The translations under genes were made by a program, and so were the position numbers. From Eledone cirrhosa (lineage: Eukaryota), in assembly GCA_964016885.1 (NCBI GenBank), contig OZ024743.1, positions 84,444,001 through 84,508,000 of the forward strand: a DNA stretch of 64,000 bases, written 5' to 3'. The notes below the pieces were generated by a model. It searched no databases, was not told the DNA's origin, and was given only the letters and a program-made list of their open reading frames with translations. This document shows, in pieces, positions 27,468 to 41,479 of this stretch (position 1 is the first letter of the stretch; every line of letters begins with the position of its first letter).

Positions 27468-27854
27468 CATCATCATCATCATCATTTTACGTCTGCTTTT
27501 CCCTGCTTGCAAGGGTGGGATGGGAACTGATTCTGTCTTGATTTCTACAGCTGGATGCCCTTCCTAACACCAACCTCATTTACAGTGGGTGCTGGGTGCT
27601 TTTTTCCGTGGAGCCTACACGTCCACTTTACAGTGTGAGCTGGGTGCTTTTTTGCCGTGGCACCTCCACGACCACTTTGCAGTGGAATGATAGGGACTCC
27701 AGTCCTATCATCTCATTTCTACAGCTGAGTAAACTGGAGCAATGTGAAATAAAGTGTCTTGCTCAAGGAAACAACACATCACCCGGTCTGAGAATTGAAC
27801 TCACAACCTTTCGATTGCAAGCCCAATGCTCTAACCACTAAGCCATGTGCCTCC
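27468..27854 (-). mobile_element. SINE family A, full length, reverse orientation, with internal duplication
   Basis: Reverse complement of 12079-12427 with a duplicated TTTACAGTG..GCTGGGTGCTTTTTT module. Confidence 0.85.
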
Positions 27855-27891
27855 ATACATATAGATACATACATATATATAGATACATATA

Positions 27892-29194
27892 CAGGGTAGG
27901 GCATAATTCCTGTTACAAAGTTTTAAATCAATTTAAAAATACATTATGTTGCTAATATAACTAATATATTTGTATCAAATCCATGCACTATAGCCATATT
28001 AACTATTTTTCAGAACATTACACAATTAACTATTTGCAATGTCCATAGAATTGAAAAGAAAGTTCATAAATAGAGAAGCATGAAAAAGGCCTGACTCCAC
28101 CCGAGATATTTAAACTGGGGAAAACTCTTAAGATCAATAGAATGTTGATCAAAATGACAATCGATCGATTTAAGGAAACTTCCTCAACCAAAAACAGATC
28201 TCGATCCGGATGCCCTCACACCTCAAGAACACCAAAACTCGTTAAAAGTGTGAGGGAAAAAATAAGGTGTAATCTAAGAAGGTCCATGAGAAAAATGGCA
28301 GAAGAAGCAGAAACATTGCCGAGTACTATGCGGAGGATATGTCGAGATGATCTGGGGATGTCACCCTATAAGTTCTAAAAGAGGCAGCTTCTTTCTGCAG
28401 CCACAATTGAAAAGAGGCTCTCCAGAAGTAAACTGTTATTGAACCGTATCAAGGATGGCACGCTGCAAAACATCATCTTTACAGATAAGAAGTTATTCAC
28501 TGTGTAGCAGTCTCACAATCATCAAAATGATCGAGTACTTGCAAAAAGTCTCAAATCAATTCCTTCAAGTGTAGGAAAAGTGTTCAGAACACAGAAACCA
28601 GCACCAGTGATGGTTTGGGAAGCCATTTCTGAAAGAGGGAAATCTCCTCTGATTTTTGTGCCTCAAGGAGTTAAAATTAACAAAGAACTTTACATAAAGG
28701 ATATTTTGGAAGTAGCACTGATGCCATGGTGCACATGTTTATGGCGATGACAATTGGACTCTCCAACAAGATGGAGTGACGAGCCACACTGCTAGCGTAA
28801 CACAACAGTGTTGTAGAGACCATTGTCCTGCATGGATCAGTAAGGAAGAGTGGCCTCCCACATCACCAGATCTCAACCCTCTCGATTTTTCTTTATGGTC
28901 AATTCTTGAGAGTGAAGCCTGCTGGACACCTAGCCAAAATATTGAAACTCTAAAATCAAAACTGAATAAAGTATGGGAGAAAATACCCATGGAAACTGTT
29001 CGTGCAGCCATCAAAAACTTTCCTAGAAGACTTCGAGCAGTAGTGAGAGCTAGAGGAAAGCATTTCGAATTAATTTTTGTGTAGTTGTTTAATCGTATAT
29101 TACTTATTATTTGTTGAAGTCAGATCTTGAAATAAATGTTTTTTTCAAGAACTATTTGCATTTTATTTTGTAACAGTTTTTATGCCCCACCCTG
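27892..29194 (+). mobile_element. Tc1/mariner-superfamily DNA transposon, DD37D (maT-type), decayed
   Basis: TA target duplication. About 28-bp TIRs (CAGGGTAGGGCATAATTCCTGTTACAAA vs CAGGGTGGGGCATAAAAACTGTTACAAA). Transposase fragments: HTH, FTD, QQDG, WPPTSPDLNPLD with 37 residues between the 2nd and 3rd Asp. Contains stops and frameshifts. Confidence 0.93.
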
Positions 29195-29239
29195 TATATA
29201 GATACATACACATATACATATATACACACACATATATAT

Positions 29240-29272
<33 letters not shown>

Positions 29273-32200
29273 CTGGCACTCCATCAGTTACGACAACGAG
29301 TGTTCCAGTTGATCCGATCAACGGAACCGCCTGCTGCGCACGGTAGTGGGGTGGCTGGTGTGGCCATGTGTGAGAACCCCCCGACCGTCATCAAGCAATC
29401 GCACAACAAGAACAAGAGTATGAAGACATCGAAACTCAGAGTAGCCACACTTAATGTTGGCACTCTAACAGATAGATCTGGTGAGAAAGTGAAGATGCTA
29501 GAGAGAAGATATGTGGATGTGTGCTGCATGCAAGAGGTGAGATGGAGAGGTGCCTCAGCAAAACTAATCGCAGGCAAACATCTTACTTATAAGCTTTTCT
29601 GGGTAGGTAATGGTGATGGGTTAGGCATTTTACAGGCTGAGAGATGGATCGATAAGATAACAGAGGTAGTTAGAGTCAGTAATAGAATAATTAAGATTAA
29701 ATTAGTTGTAGGCAAGAGACTGCTGACAATCATCTCTACCTATGCTCCTCAGGTGGGCCTAGGTAAAGAAGAGAAAGACTGCTTTTATGAGCAACTTTTA
29801 GAAACAGCCACAATGACAGAGGACAGAGACATCATTATGCTAGCAGGGGACCTCAATGGTCATGTAGGATAGCTCCAGGATGGATACATGGTCGGCACGG
29901 TTATGGCTCAAAAAACGAAGAAGGAGTGAGGCTTCTTGAATTTTGTGATGCAAGTGTACTAACCATTTGCAACACTAACTTCAAGAAACCTACCAACCAC
30001 CTAATAACCTACCAATCAGGCGAGCACATAAGCCAGATTGACTTCTTGTTAGTTAGGCAGCGGGACAGACAGATGGTGTCAAATACTAAGGCATACCTCG
30101 GGGAAGAATGTACCCCACAGCATAGGTTAGTCATTAGTGACATCTCAATAAGCAAGAGACAAAATGAGACATATAGGAAGGTGTGGAAAAGGAAGGTCTG
30201 GAAGCTAAAAGACTTTTCACTAAAATATAAATTTAGGAAAGCCCTTCAAGATGTGTATGACAAGAAAGAAGACGATTTAGAATCGTATGACATAGACAAC
30301 TTACTGCAGGCTACTGAAGAAACTTGTGGCTAGAGCAGAGCTCCGACCAGACAGAGAGTGACCTGGTGGTGGAACAGCACAGTTGATAGGGCCATTAGAG
30401 ATAAAAGACTAGCATGGAACGCTTGGAAAAATGGTGGGAGTAGAGACCGATACACAACCACTAAGAGAGAAGCTAGATGTCAGGTGTACTTAGCACGCTG
30501 GGAGGCTGAGAGTAGGAGGTTTGCCAATGTCCTGCGATGGGAAGATCAGAGATGTGCAGTGTTCCGCATTGCAAGGCAGTGTGTCAGTGTAAATCAGGAT
30601 GTTGTTGGAGATAAGTGTGTCCGAAATGATGTTGGTGTACTTAGTGTCACTAATGATCAGAAAAAGGAGGCCTGGAAATGTCATTATGAGAGACTGATGA
30701 ATTTAGAGAACGAATAGGAGAGAGAGAAACTACGCCCAGTAGACCTGACAGAGGAACCAGTTACTGAGATTGATGAATATAGGGTCCAAGAGGCAATTAA
30801 GGAAATGAAAAGTGGTAAGGCCGCTGGACCATCGGGGATAGTTGCTGAGATGCTGAAGGCATCAGGAGTAGATACAAAACTGGTTGCACACATCGTCAAT
30901 CAAGCTATATATGGCAGAGTCATACCCAAAGACTGGTGCAGCAGTATTCTCATAAATTGCTACAAAGGTAAAGGGGATGCTCTAGAGAGGAGCAATTATA
31001 GAGGCATAAAACTGATGGATCAGTTTTATGCCTCTATAATTGCTGATGGATCAGGCTATGAAAGTGGCAGAAAGAATATTAGCGCAACTAATTAGAGAAA
31101 GGGTCAAATTAGATGAGATGCAGTTTGGTTTTGTGCCTGGGAAAAGTACAACAGATGCCCTCTTCTTAGTGAGACAACTACAAGTGAGGTTCTTAGAGAA
31201 GAATAGGTCAATCCACATAGCTTTTGTTGACCTAGAGAAGGCCTTTGATAGGGTACCCTGATCTGTCATCTGGTGGCCCCTAAGGAAACTAGGTGTAGAA
31301 GAGTGGCTTGTGAGGACAGTGCAAGCTATGTACAGAGATGCTGTCAGTAAAGTGAGAGTAGGAATAGAGTTTAGTGAGGAATTCCAGATACAAGTAGGAG
31401 TACATCAGGGTTCAGTTCTCAGCCCGCTCTTGTTCGTTATAGTCCTCCAAGCCATAACAGAGGAGTTTAAGACTGGCTGTCCATGGGAACTTCTCTATGC
31501 TGACGATCTTATAGCAGAATCAGTAGAGGAGTTAGAGAATAAATTCTCGCTATGGAAACAACAGTTGGAATCAAGAAGACTGAGAGTGAACATAGCTAAG
31601 ACAAAAGTGTTGATAAGTAGAAGAGAGGACAATACTTTGATTCCATCAGAGAAATGGCCATGTTCAATATGTAGAAAAGGAGCTGGTATAAATTCTATAA
31701 AATGTAGACAATGCAGATCTTGGGTACACAAGAGATGTAGTGGGATAGCAGGCGAACTAACAGGTAGGGAAAACTACATATGCAGTAGATGTACAGGGAA
31801 ATTTGACAGAAGTCGCAGTGACAGACACATTTTTCAAATGCAGGTAGGTTCTATAGAAGTGGTTGATAGCTTCCGGTATCTAGGTGATCAGATTAGCATG
31901 GGAAGGGGTGTTCCGAGGCCATAGTATCTAGAATAAGGATGGGTTGGAAAAAGTTTAAGGAGTTGCTTCCTCTGTTGACAAAGAGGGTTTCTCCCTTCTT
32001 TGTCAACAGAGGAAGCAACTCTGCGTACGAAAGGCCAGTTATATGATGCCTGTGTGAGATACGCAATGCTGCATGGTAGTGAGACATGAGCAGCAACTAC
32101 AGAGGATATGCGATGGCTAGAGAGAAATCAAGCAAGCATGCTCCGTTGGATGTATAATGTCAATGTACGTGAACGACCAAACATAGATGAGTTGGGAGGA

Positions 32201-32503
32201 AAACTGTGTATAAGAAAATTGTAGTGTGCGGGAGAGAAGACTGCGATGATGTGGACATGTAATGCACATGGAGGATGACCGCTGGGTAAAGAAGTGCCAA
32301 GAAATCCCAGTAGAAGGAAGACGCAGTAGAGGAAGATATGAAAAACATGTGCGGAGGTGGTGAGAGCAGACCTCAGATCGCTGAAGCTCACGGAGGAGAT
32401 GACGAAGGACTGTGACAAGTGGAGAGATGCTGTGCTTAATAAGACCTGTCCCACCCTTGCAAGCAGGGAAAAGCGGACGTAAAATGATGGTGATGATGAT
32501 GAT
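29273..32503 (+). mobile_element. Near full-length RTE-clade LINE (family RTE-1), decayed
   Basis: APE endonuclease (TLNVGTL, MQEVRW, YAPQ, GDLNGHVG, QIDF), RT (GVHQGSVLSPLLF, YADD), Cys-rich motif and (ATG)n tail. Many stops. Flanked by (TA)n. Confidence 0.93.
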
Positions 32504-34228
32504 ATATATATATTATATATATATACATACATACATACATATATATAATCATACATACATATATATATATATAATAATATAATATATACATATATATGCA
32601 TCCCTACATATATACATACATATACATTCAAACATATACATATATCTATATATATATATATATACATATACATGTGTACATAAATGCATGCATGCACACG
32701 CACACACATGTTGCAGTACACTCCATAGTTAGCAACACAACTTAGGGAGATGAAATATTCTTTCTACAGCAGCTGTAGCAGAAATTAATAGTAATGATGG
32801 TAGTGGTGGTGGTGGTGATGGTAAAGAGAAAGAAAGGAAAAACTAGGAGGAAGAGGAGACAGAGGGGGTGTAAGAACATTGGCATCCAGTATGTGTGAGT
32901 TATAAATAGCTATGGTTGCCTCCAAAAAATATAGCTGCTGACTCAAGTACCAAGTACATCCCAAATTAATATTAAGTTTTAACAGATCACAAAATTTCAC
33001 CAATACCCTAATACCCTAAACTAACCTACATACAAGTCCTTGTAACACCTTTAATCTCTCAACATTACCGTTTTCTTAAAATTTCCCCAACAGCTTCCTT
33101 TAAGGTAAAATATTTTGGTTATTAAAACAGATAACTCTTTTATTGCCATATTTCTAATGAAAGACATTGTCTGTGCTTTCTAACCCTTTTGATACGAAAC
33201 TGCCTGAAACCGGTCCACATTCTATGATATAAAATTGCTTATTTTAGAGCATTTATCTATAAAACTTTTATCATAATTTTATCTAAAAACCTCTAAGTTA
33301 TATTAGGAAGGGCGTCCAGCCATAGAAAGTTGCCAAACGAGGGGTTTGTGTCAAAAGACACGCCAACTTCACTGCTGTACTCAATAATTATTGTATGTAA
33401 GTGGGATACAGACTTCCCCGGTCTGTCTGGGATTCAGTGGCCTACTTCAGTACTGACTGGGTTTATGTAGACCCATTCAACCCTTGTTAGCAGGGAAAGC
33501 AGACATTAACCCTTGAATATTTACATTACTCTATATATACTATTGTATTTTCAGAGTAAAGGCTTTACCTCACATAATTATCTCACATAATATTGAATTT
33601 ATGAGATTTTGATATATAATTTGAGAACAATACCATAACATCAGTATAATGGGCCAGTAACAGCCAGTTTGAATAGAAGGAGGTGAGAGAATTGCGGCCG
33701 GATATGACCAGTTTAAATGCTAAAGGGTTAAATGATGATGATGATGTTCTAAAGACCAACTTAATGACTTTAAATTTAGGCACAAGGCCAGTAATTTGTG
33801 AGGATGGGGAAGTCAATTACATGATCCCCAGTACTTTACTGGTACTTCTACTTAATTTTATCGACCCCAGAAGGATGAAAGGCAAAGTGATCTCAGCAGG
33901 AGTTGAACTCATAAAGAGCTGGAACAAATACTGTTGAGAATGTGTCTGCCACTCTAATAACTCTGCCAATCTGCCAGCCTATCGCCATCTTGATAATGGG
34001 ATACTTAGTTGTATTTAAATCTTTGAAAATTCTTGATTATTTTCAAAACTATTTGGAAATTATAGTCAACGCATTTCATTTGAAATATGATAATGAGAAG
34101 GTTGAATAAGAATGTGGAGAGCTCCAGTAATACAACTAACTTTTTCATTATTAAACTGGATACGTGTGTCTATATATGTGTGCGTGTGTATGTGTGTGTG
34201 TGTGTGTGTATGTGTATACACACATATA

Positions 34229-34264
<36 letters not shown>

Positions 34265-34559
34265 CACGCAAATATATATATATATGTATGTGTGTATGTA
34301 TATATATATATATATATATAATCCTGGTACAAATGGCATATCAATGCTTGACTACAAAAGTTAAGTATGTTCAACAATATTGCCGCCGTTATTGACAGCA
34401 CTGGTCCTCTAGTCTCTATAATAATGACTGACATTCTTTTGTCTTCTATTTAGAATTCATGGAACACAAATGTTAAGACAAAGAGGGGCATCACATCATC
34501 TAACACATTCCCTACTATCTATCACTCTCTCTCCCTCTCTATCTATCTACATCTGTAAG

Positions 34560-34594
<35 letters not shown>

Positions 34595-34953
34595 ATATAT
34601 ATATGTATATATACATATATATATATACATACACACATGCATATGTATTTATCTATCATTCTACACATGTACATATATACATATAGATATATACATGTGT
34701 GTTTGTGGATATAGACACATATGTATATACACACATGTATATGTATATCTATCTATCTATACATGTACATTTATACATATAAACATACATATGTCTGTGT
34801 GTTGATATAGACACACACACATGTATATGTAAATGTATCACTTTACATGTACACAGAAATGTATAAACATACACACACACATATATATATATATATATAC
34901 ATATATATACATACATACATATAAATATACTTATATATAAATATATATATACT

Positions 34954-35011
<58 letters not shown>

Positions 35012-35012
<1 letters not shown>

Positions 35013-35452
35013 CATCATCATCATCTTTTACGTCCGCTTTTCCCTGCTTGCAAGGGTGGGACGGGTCTTATTCAGCGCAGCATCTCTCCACTTGTCACGG
35101 TCCTTCGTCATCTCCACCGTGAGCTTCAGCGATCTGAGGTCTGTTCTCACCACCTCCACCCATGTTTTTCGTGGTCTACCTCTACCACGTCTTCCTTCAA
35201 CCATCGGTCATACTCCATGCGCTTCACATGTCCATACCACCGCAGTCTCCTCTCCCGTACACTACATTCTATCTCTCTCAGACACAGCTTCTCTCTCAAC
35301 ACATTCATGCTGGGTCATTCACGCACATTGACATTGTACATCCAACGGGGCATGCTTGCCTCATTTCTCTCCAGCCGTCGCATATCCTCTGCAGTTGCTG
35401 CCCAAGTCTCACTACCATGCGGCATCACGCGCCTCACACAGGCATCATATAA
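35012..35452 (-). mobile_element. RTE-1 3' fragment
   Basis: Reverse complement of 32040-32500 with an internal deletion (YDACVR..HGSETW). Confidence 0.85.
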
Positions 35453-35485
35453 TATGTATATATATATACATATATACAAATATAA

Positions 35486-35833
35486 GGAGGCACATGGCTT
35501 AGTGGTTAGAGCATTGGCCTTGCAATCAAAAGGTTGTGAGTTCAATTCTCAGACCGGGTGATGTGTTGTTTCCTTGAGCAAGACACTTTATTTCACATTG
35601 CTCCAGTTTACTCAGCTGTAGAAATGAAATGATAGGGACTGGGGTCCATATCATTCCACTGTAAAGTGGTCGTGGAGGTGCCACGGCAAAAAAGCACCCA
35701 GCACTCACTGTAAATGAGGTTGGTGTTAGGAAGGGCATCCAGCTGTAGAAATCAAGCCAGAATCAGTTCCCGTCCCACCCTAGCAAGCAGGGAAAAAGCG
35801 GACGTAAAAATGAAATGATGAAATGATGATGAT
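35486..35833 (+). mobile_element. SINE family A, full length
   Basis: Near-identical to 12079-12427. Confidence 0.85.
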
Positions 35834-35911
35834 ATATAAACATATACATACATATATATATATAGATATATAGATATAAATATATATATACATATACATA
35901 CATATATATAC

Positions 35912-35946
<35 letters not shown>

Positions 35947-36123
35947 CATATATATAAATATATATATACATACATATAAATATATATATACATATACATA
36001 CATATAAATATATATATACATATACATACATATAAATATATATATACACATACATATATATAAATATATATATACATATACATACATATATATAAATATA
36101 TATATACATATACATATATATAC

Positions 36124-36206
<83 letters not shown>

Positions 36207-36513
36207 TATACATATATACATATATATACATATATATATATATATACATATATATACATATATATATATACATATATATATATACATATATATACATATA
36301 TATATATACATATATATACATATATATACATACATATATATACATATATATACATATATATATATACATATATATACATATATATACATATATATACATA
36401 TATATATACATATATATATATACATATATATATATATACATATATATACATATACATATATATATATATATATACATATATATACATATATATATATATA
36501 TACATATATATAC

Positions 36514-36564
<51 letters not shown>

Positions 36565-36616
36565 CATATATATACATATATATATATATACATATATATA
36601 CATATACATAGATATA

Positions 36617-36654
<38 letters not shown>

Positions 36655-36839
36655 CATATATATACATATATATATATACATATATATACATATATATATA
36701 CATATATATACATACATATATATACTTATATATACATACATATATATACATATATATACATACATATATATACATATATATACATATATATACATATATA
36801 TATATACATATATATACACATATATATACATATATATAC

Positions 36840-36876
<37 letters not shown>

Positions 36877-36901
36877 TATATACATATACATATATATATA
36901 T

Positions 36902-36960
<59 letters not shown>

Positions 36961-37040
36961 CATACATATATATATATATACATATACATACATATATATA
37001 TATATATATACATATACATACATATATATATATAAATATA
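35834..37040. repeat. About 1.2 kb (TA)n/(TACA)n compound microsatellite
   Basis: Seen directly. Confidence 0.95.
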
Positions 37041-37043
37041 TAA

Positions 37044-39533
37044 GAGGGACCAGCAGTGTTAGTCGAAGGTAGTATAATAAGTAAGGCAATCATAGCAGCA
37101 TCATCGTTAACTGTTACAAGGGTAAAGGAGACGCCCTAGATAGGAGTAACTATAGAGGCATTAAATTAATCGACCAGGTCATGAAGGTCACGGAAAAAGT
37201 AATAGCGCAACTAATCAGAGAGAGAATTGATCTAGATGAAATGCAGTTCGGGTTTGTGTCAGGCAAAAGTACCACAGACGCTCTTTTCATTGTACGACAA
37301 CTACAGGAGAAGTACCTAGCTAAAAGTAAACCCCTATACTTAGCTTTTGTCGACTTGGAGAAAGCCTTCGACAGAGTCCCCCGTTCCATTATCAGGTGGG
37401 CTCTTAGAAAACTAGGTGTTGACGAATGGCTTGTGAGAGCCATACAAGCCATGTATAAAGAAACAGTCAGCAAGGTTAGAATTAACAACGAATATAGTGA
37501 AGAGTTTAGCGTAAAAGTTGGTGTCCATCAGGGCTCTGTTCTTAGCCCCCTACTATTTATTATTGCCCTTCAGGCTATAACAGAGGAATTCAAGACCAGC
37601 TGCCCATGGGAACTCCTATACGCAGATGATCTAACGCTCATAGCTGAATCAATGGCCGAGCTAGAGAAGAAATTCCAAACATGGAAGCACGGCCTAGAAT
37701 CAAAAGGCCTTAAAATTAACCTGGCTAAGACTAAAGTTCTAGTTTGTAGGAAAGAAATTCAGGCGCCAGTCCCCTCCGGGAAATGGCCATGCTCAGTGTG
37801 TAGGAAAGGCGGAGGTAGAAACTCCATTTTATGTCCCAAATGCAGAGTATGGGTGCATAAAAGATGTAGTGGGATCACAGGTAAGCTAACTAAGAACACA
37901 GATTTTACATGTGGCCGGTGCTCTGGTGCAATAAGTAGCAGCAAGTGCCCACAAAACACTAACTCTTTCAATTGCGCAGAGGGTTCTATAGAAATAGTGG
38001 ACAGCTTCCGTTACCTGGGTGACAAAATCAGCAGTGGGGGAGGGTGCTCTGAAAGTACAGTAGCTAGAGTCAGAACTGGATGGAAAAAGTTCAGAGAGCT
38101 TATACCACTATTAGCCGCTAAAGGGTTCTCCCTAAAAATGAAAGGCAGGTTGTATGATGCCTGCATACGAACAGCAATGTTGCATGGCAGTGAGACCTGG
38201 GCATTGTGTGCAGAGGATATACGCAGACTAGAGAGTAACGAAGCTTGCATGCTCCGCTGGATGTGTAATAGTAATATACGTGAACGGCAAAGCATAAACG
38301 AACTAAGGAAAAAATTAGAAATAAGAGGGATCAGATGTTGTTTACTCGAGAGAAGGCTACGTTGGTATGGTCACGTGATGCGCATGAAAGACGACAGCTG
38401 TATAACAAAGTGCAGGGCAATAAAGATAGATGGTAGCATAAAAGATGTAGTGGGATCACAGGTAAGCTAACTAAGAACACAGATTTTACATGTGGCCGGT
38501 GCTCTGGTGCAACAAGTAGCAGCAAGTGCCCACAAAACACTAACTCTTTCAATTGCGCAGAGGGTTCTATAGAAATAGTGGACAGCTTCCGTTACCTGGG
38601 TGACAAAATCAGCAGTGGGGGAGGGTGCTCTGAAAGTACAGTAGCTAGAGTCAGAACTGGATGGAAAAAGTTCAGAGAGCTTATACCACTATTAGCCGCT
38701 AAAGGGTTCTCCCTAAAAATGAAAGGCAGGTTGTATGATGCCTGCATACGAACAGCAATGTTGCATGGCAGTGAGACCTGGGCATTGTGTGCAGAGGATA
38801 TACGCAGACTAGAGAGTAACGAAGCTTGCATGCTCCGCTGGATGTGTAATAGTAATATACGTGAACGGCAAAGCATAAACGAACTAAGGAAAAAATTAGA
38901 AATAAGAGGGATCAGATGTTGTTTACTCGAGAGAAGGCTACGTTGGTATGGTCACGTGATGCGCATGAAAGACGACAGCTGTATAACAAAGTGCAGGGCA
39001 ATAAAGATAGATGGTAGCCACGGAGTAGGCAGACCCAGAAAAACCTGGGACGACCTGATAAATTCCGACCTCACACACACCTCTCCAAGACAATGTCACT
39101 GGACCGAGATCTTTGGCGGTACTCAGTAATAGAGAAGACCCGCCTTGCCTAAGTACAAAGTGAAACCTACAGTCAGTAGGCACCTCTAACAAAATACACC
39201 CCCGTCCCACTACCCCCACCCCATCCACACCGCCCCTTTCAATGTAAAGTTATGTTGGTACCACAACATCCAGGCCGAAACAAACGAGGTGGTGTAGGTG
39301 TCACAACAAAAAAACACACAGTCCACGCTGTAATGTGGCCATGTAGGTAACACAGTAAAAACCTCCCAGTTCCACACTGTAAATGTGGTTGGTGTTAGGA
39401 AGGGTATCCAGCCGTAGAAAACCCGCCAGACAGTCCTATGCGAGCAAGACAACCACTCTTGCCTCAAGTGGGAAAACTCCCGTCCAAACCCATGCAAGCG
39501 TGGAATACGGACGTTAAACGATGATGATGATGA
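37044..39533 (+). mobile_element. 5'-truncated RTE-clade LINE (family RTE-2) with a 581-bp internal tandem duplication
   Basis: 429-aa RT ORF 37181-38470 (FVDLEKAFDRVP, GVHQGS, YADD). 37855-38435 is repeated at 38436-39016. 3' UTR and (GAT)n tail present. Confidence 0.93.
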
Positions 39534-39575
39534 TATATATATTTATATATATATATGTGTGTGTATATATATATG

Positions 39576-39610
<35 letters not shown>

Positions 39611-39613
39611 GTG

Positions 39614-39677
<64 letters not shown>

Positions 39678-39729
39678 CATCATCATTGTTTAACGTCTAT
39701 CTTCCACACTAGCATGGGTTTAGACAGGG

Positions 39730-39774
<45 letters not shown>

Positions 39775-39956
39775 TATATGTATATGTGTATATATATATG
39801 TATATATATATATATATGTATATGTGTATATATATATGTATATATATATATATGTATGTGTATATATATATGTATATATATATATATGTATGTGTATATA
39901 TATATGTATATATATATATGTATGTGTATATATATATGTATATATATATATATATG

Positions 39957-39996
<40 letters not shown>

Positions 39997-40001
39997 TATA
40001 C

Positions 40002-40035
<34 letters not shown>

Positions 40036-40145
40036 ACATATACACATATATATATATATATACACATATACATATATATATATATACATATACATATATA
40101 TACATATACATATATATACATATACATACATATACATATATACAT

Positions 40146-40222
<77 letters not shown>

Positions 40223-40315
40223 TATACACACATATATATATATATATATATATACATATATATACACATATATATATATACATATATATACACACACACA
40301 CATATATATATATAA
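39534..40315. repeat. (TA)n/(CA)n compound microsatellite containing a short RTE tail fragment (39672-39730, minus)
   Basis: Seen directly. Confidence 0.9.
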
Positions 40316-40764
40316 CTGAATATAACTATATATTATGAAGCTTTATACTATATAAAGTTAATAGAGTTTAGCTGCAGCTGGTACTATTACTACTACTACT
40401 ACTACTACTACTACTACAGTGCCTGTTGCTAAGGTAGAGATTACAAAGCAGCTGTAGTTAATTCTAGTGCAGCAGCAGCCCCCCAAAAAATATGTTTGCT
40501 GTAAGCAGTTGCAGTTGCAGTTAGATGCCATAAATCTCACCACCACCACCATCACCCCCACCATCACTACCACTATCACCACCATTACCACAAACATACA
40601 CAAGGTAGCGCAGAAGATACAGCTTACAAGCAGGGTGGGTGTGTATAAATATATATATATATTAGCGTGGAAGAACGGACGTAAAACGGTGATGATGATG
40701 ATGATGATGATATATGGGCTGTGGCAGAATATATATATGTATACCAACATACATGTATATGTAT

Positions 40765-40936
40765 ATACAATATGTTGAAAAGGTAACACACCAGAGAGAG
40801 ATATACAGTGCGCTATCAATAAAACAGGGAAAAAACCACGAGTTATAGATTCCATACACTGGTGGTTTTTTCCCTGTTTTATTGATAGCGCACTGTATAT
40901 CTCTCTCTGGTGTGTTACCTTTTCAACATATTGTAT
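40765..40936. repeat. Perfect inverted repeat, 75-bp arms, 22-nt loop
   Basis: 40765-40839 is the reverse complement of 40862-40936. Confidence 0.95.
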
Positions 40937-41479
40937 TTTAAAGAGCTCAGGATTTCTTCTCCTTTGAGCACATTATTTACAGGGAATGGCAAAGGCCTAT
41001 GGCTCTGTTAATTTATTGTATATATATATATGTATAAAGATATACATAGGCACACACACACACACACACACATACACGTATATATGTGTATGTGTACATA
41101 TATATATATTTATATATACACATATTGTTATACTTTGGGAGGGTCATGCTACCAATAAAAACACATGCACTTGTTGGTTTTCATTTCAATTTATTATAAA
41201 TTTCCAGTTGGTTGGTTGGTTGGTTGGGTTGATAAGCGGATGATTGTTTATATATTGTCAAAGCTTTTTCATCACTCATTCCGTGACCTCCTCAGTGACT
41301 GGGTTTTTATTTTGTCTCTCTCCTTTGTTCTGTCCTACACCATCTTGATTTTGTGTTGTGTCAGAACACACAACACACAAAAACAAGATGGTTTAGGACA
41401 GAACAAAGGAGAGACTACTCCTCTATACATGGTTTTATTGCCTTCACAAGTCACTCATCTACTTCTAGTTTTCTAAAAG

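Noticed and set aside
35752-37093. Long ORFs (316-445 aa) of Y/I/M/C/V residues, and similar ORFs near 2186, 4468, 23383, 34066 and 39555
   Set aside because: Translations of (TA)n/(CA)n microsatellites that happen to lack stop codons.
40420-40445. RFX X-box-like GTTGCTAAGGTAGA
   Set aside because: The second half-site does not match, and such partial motifs are expected by chance.
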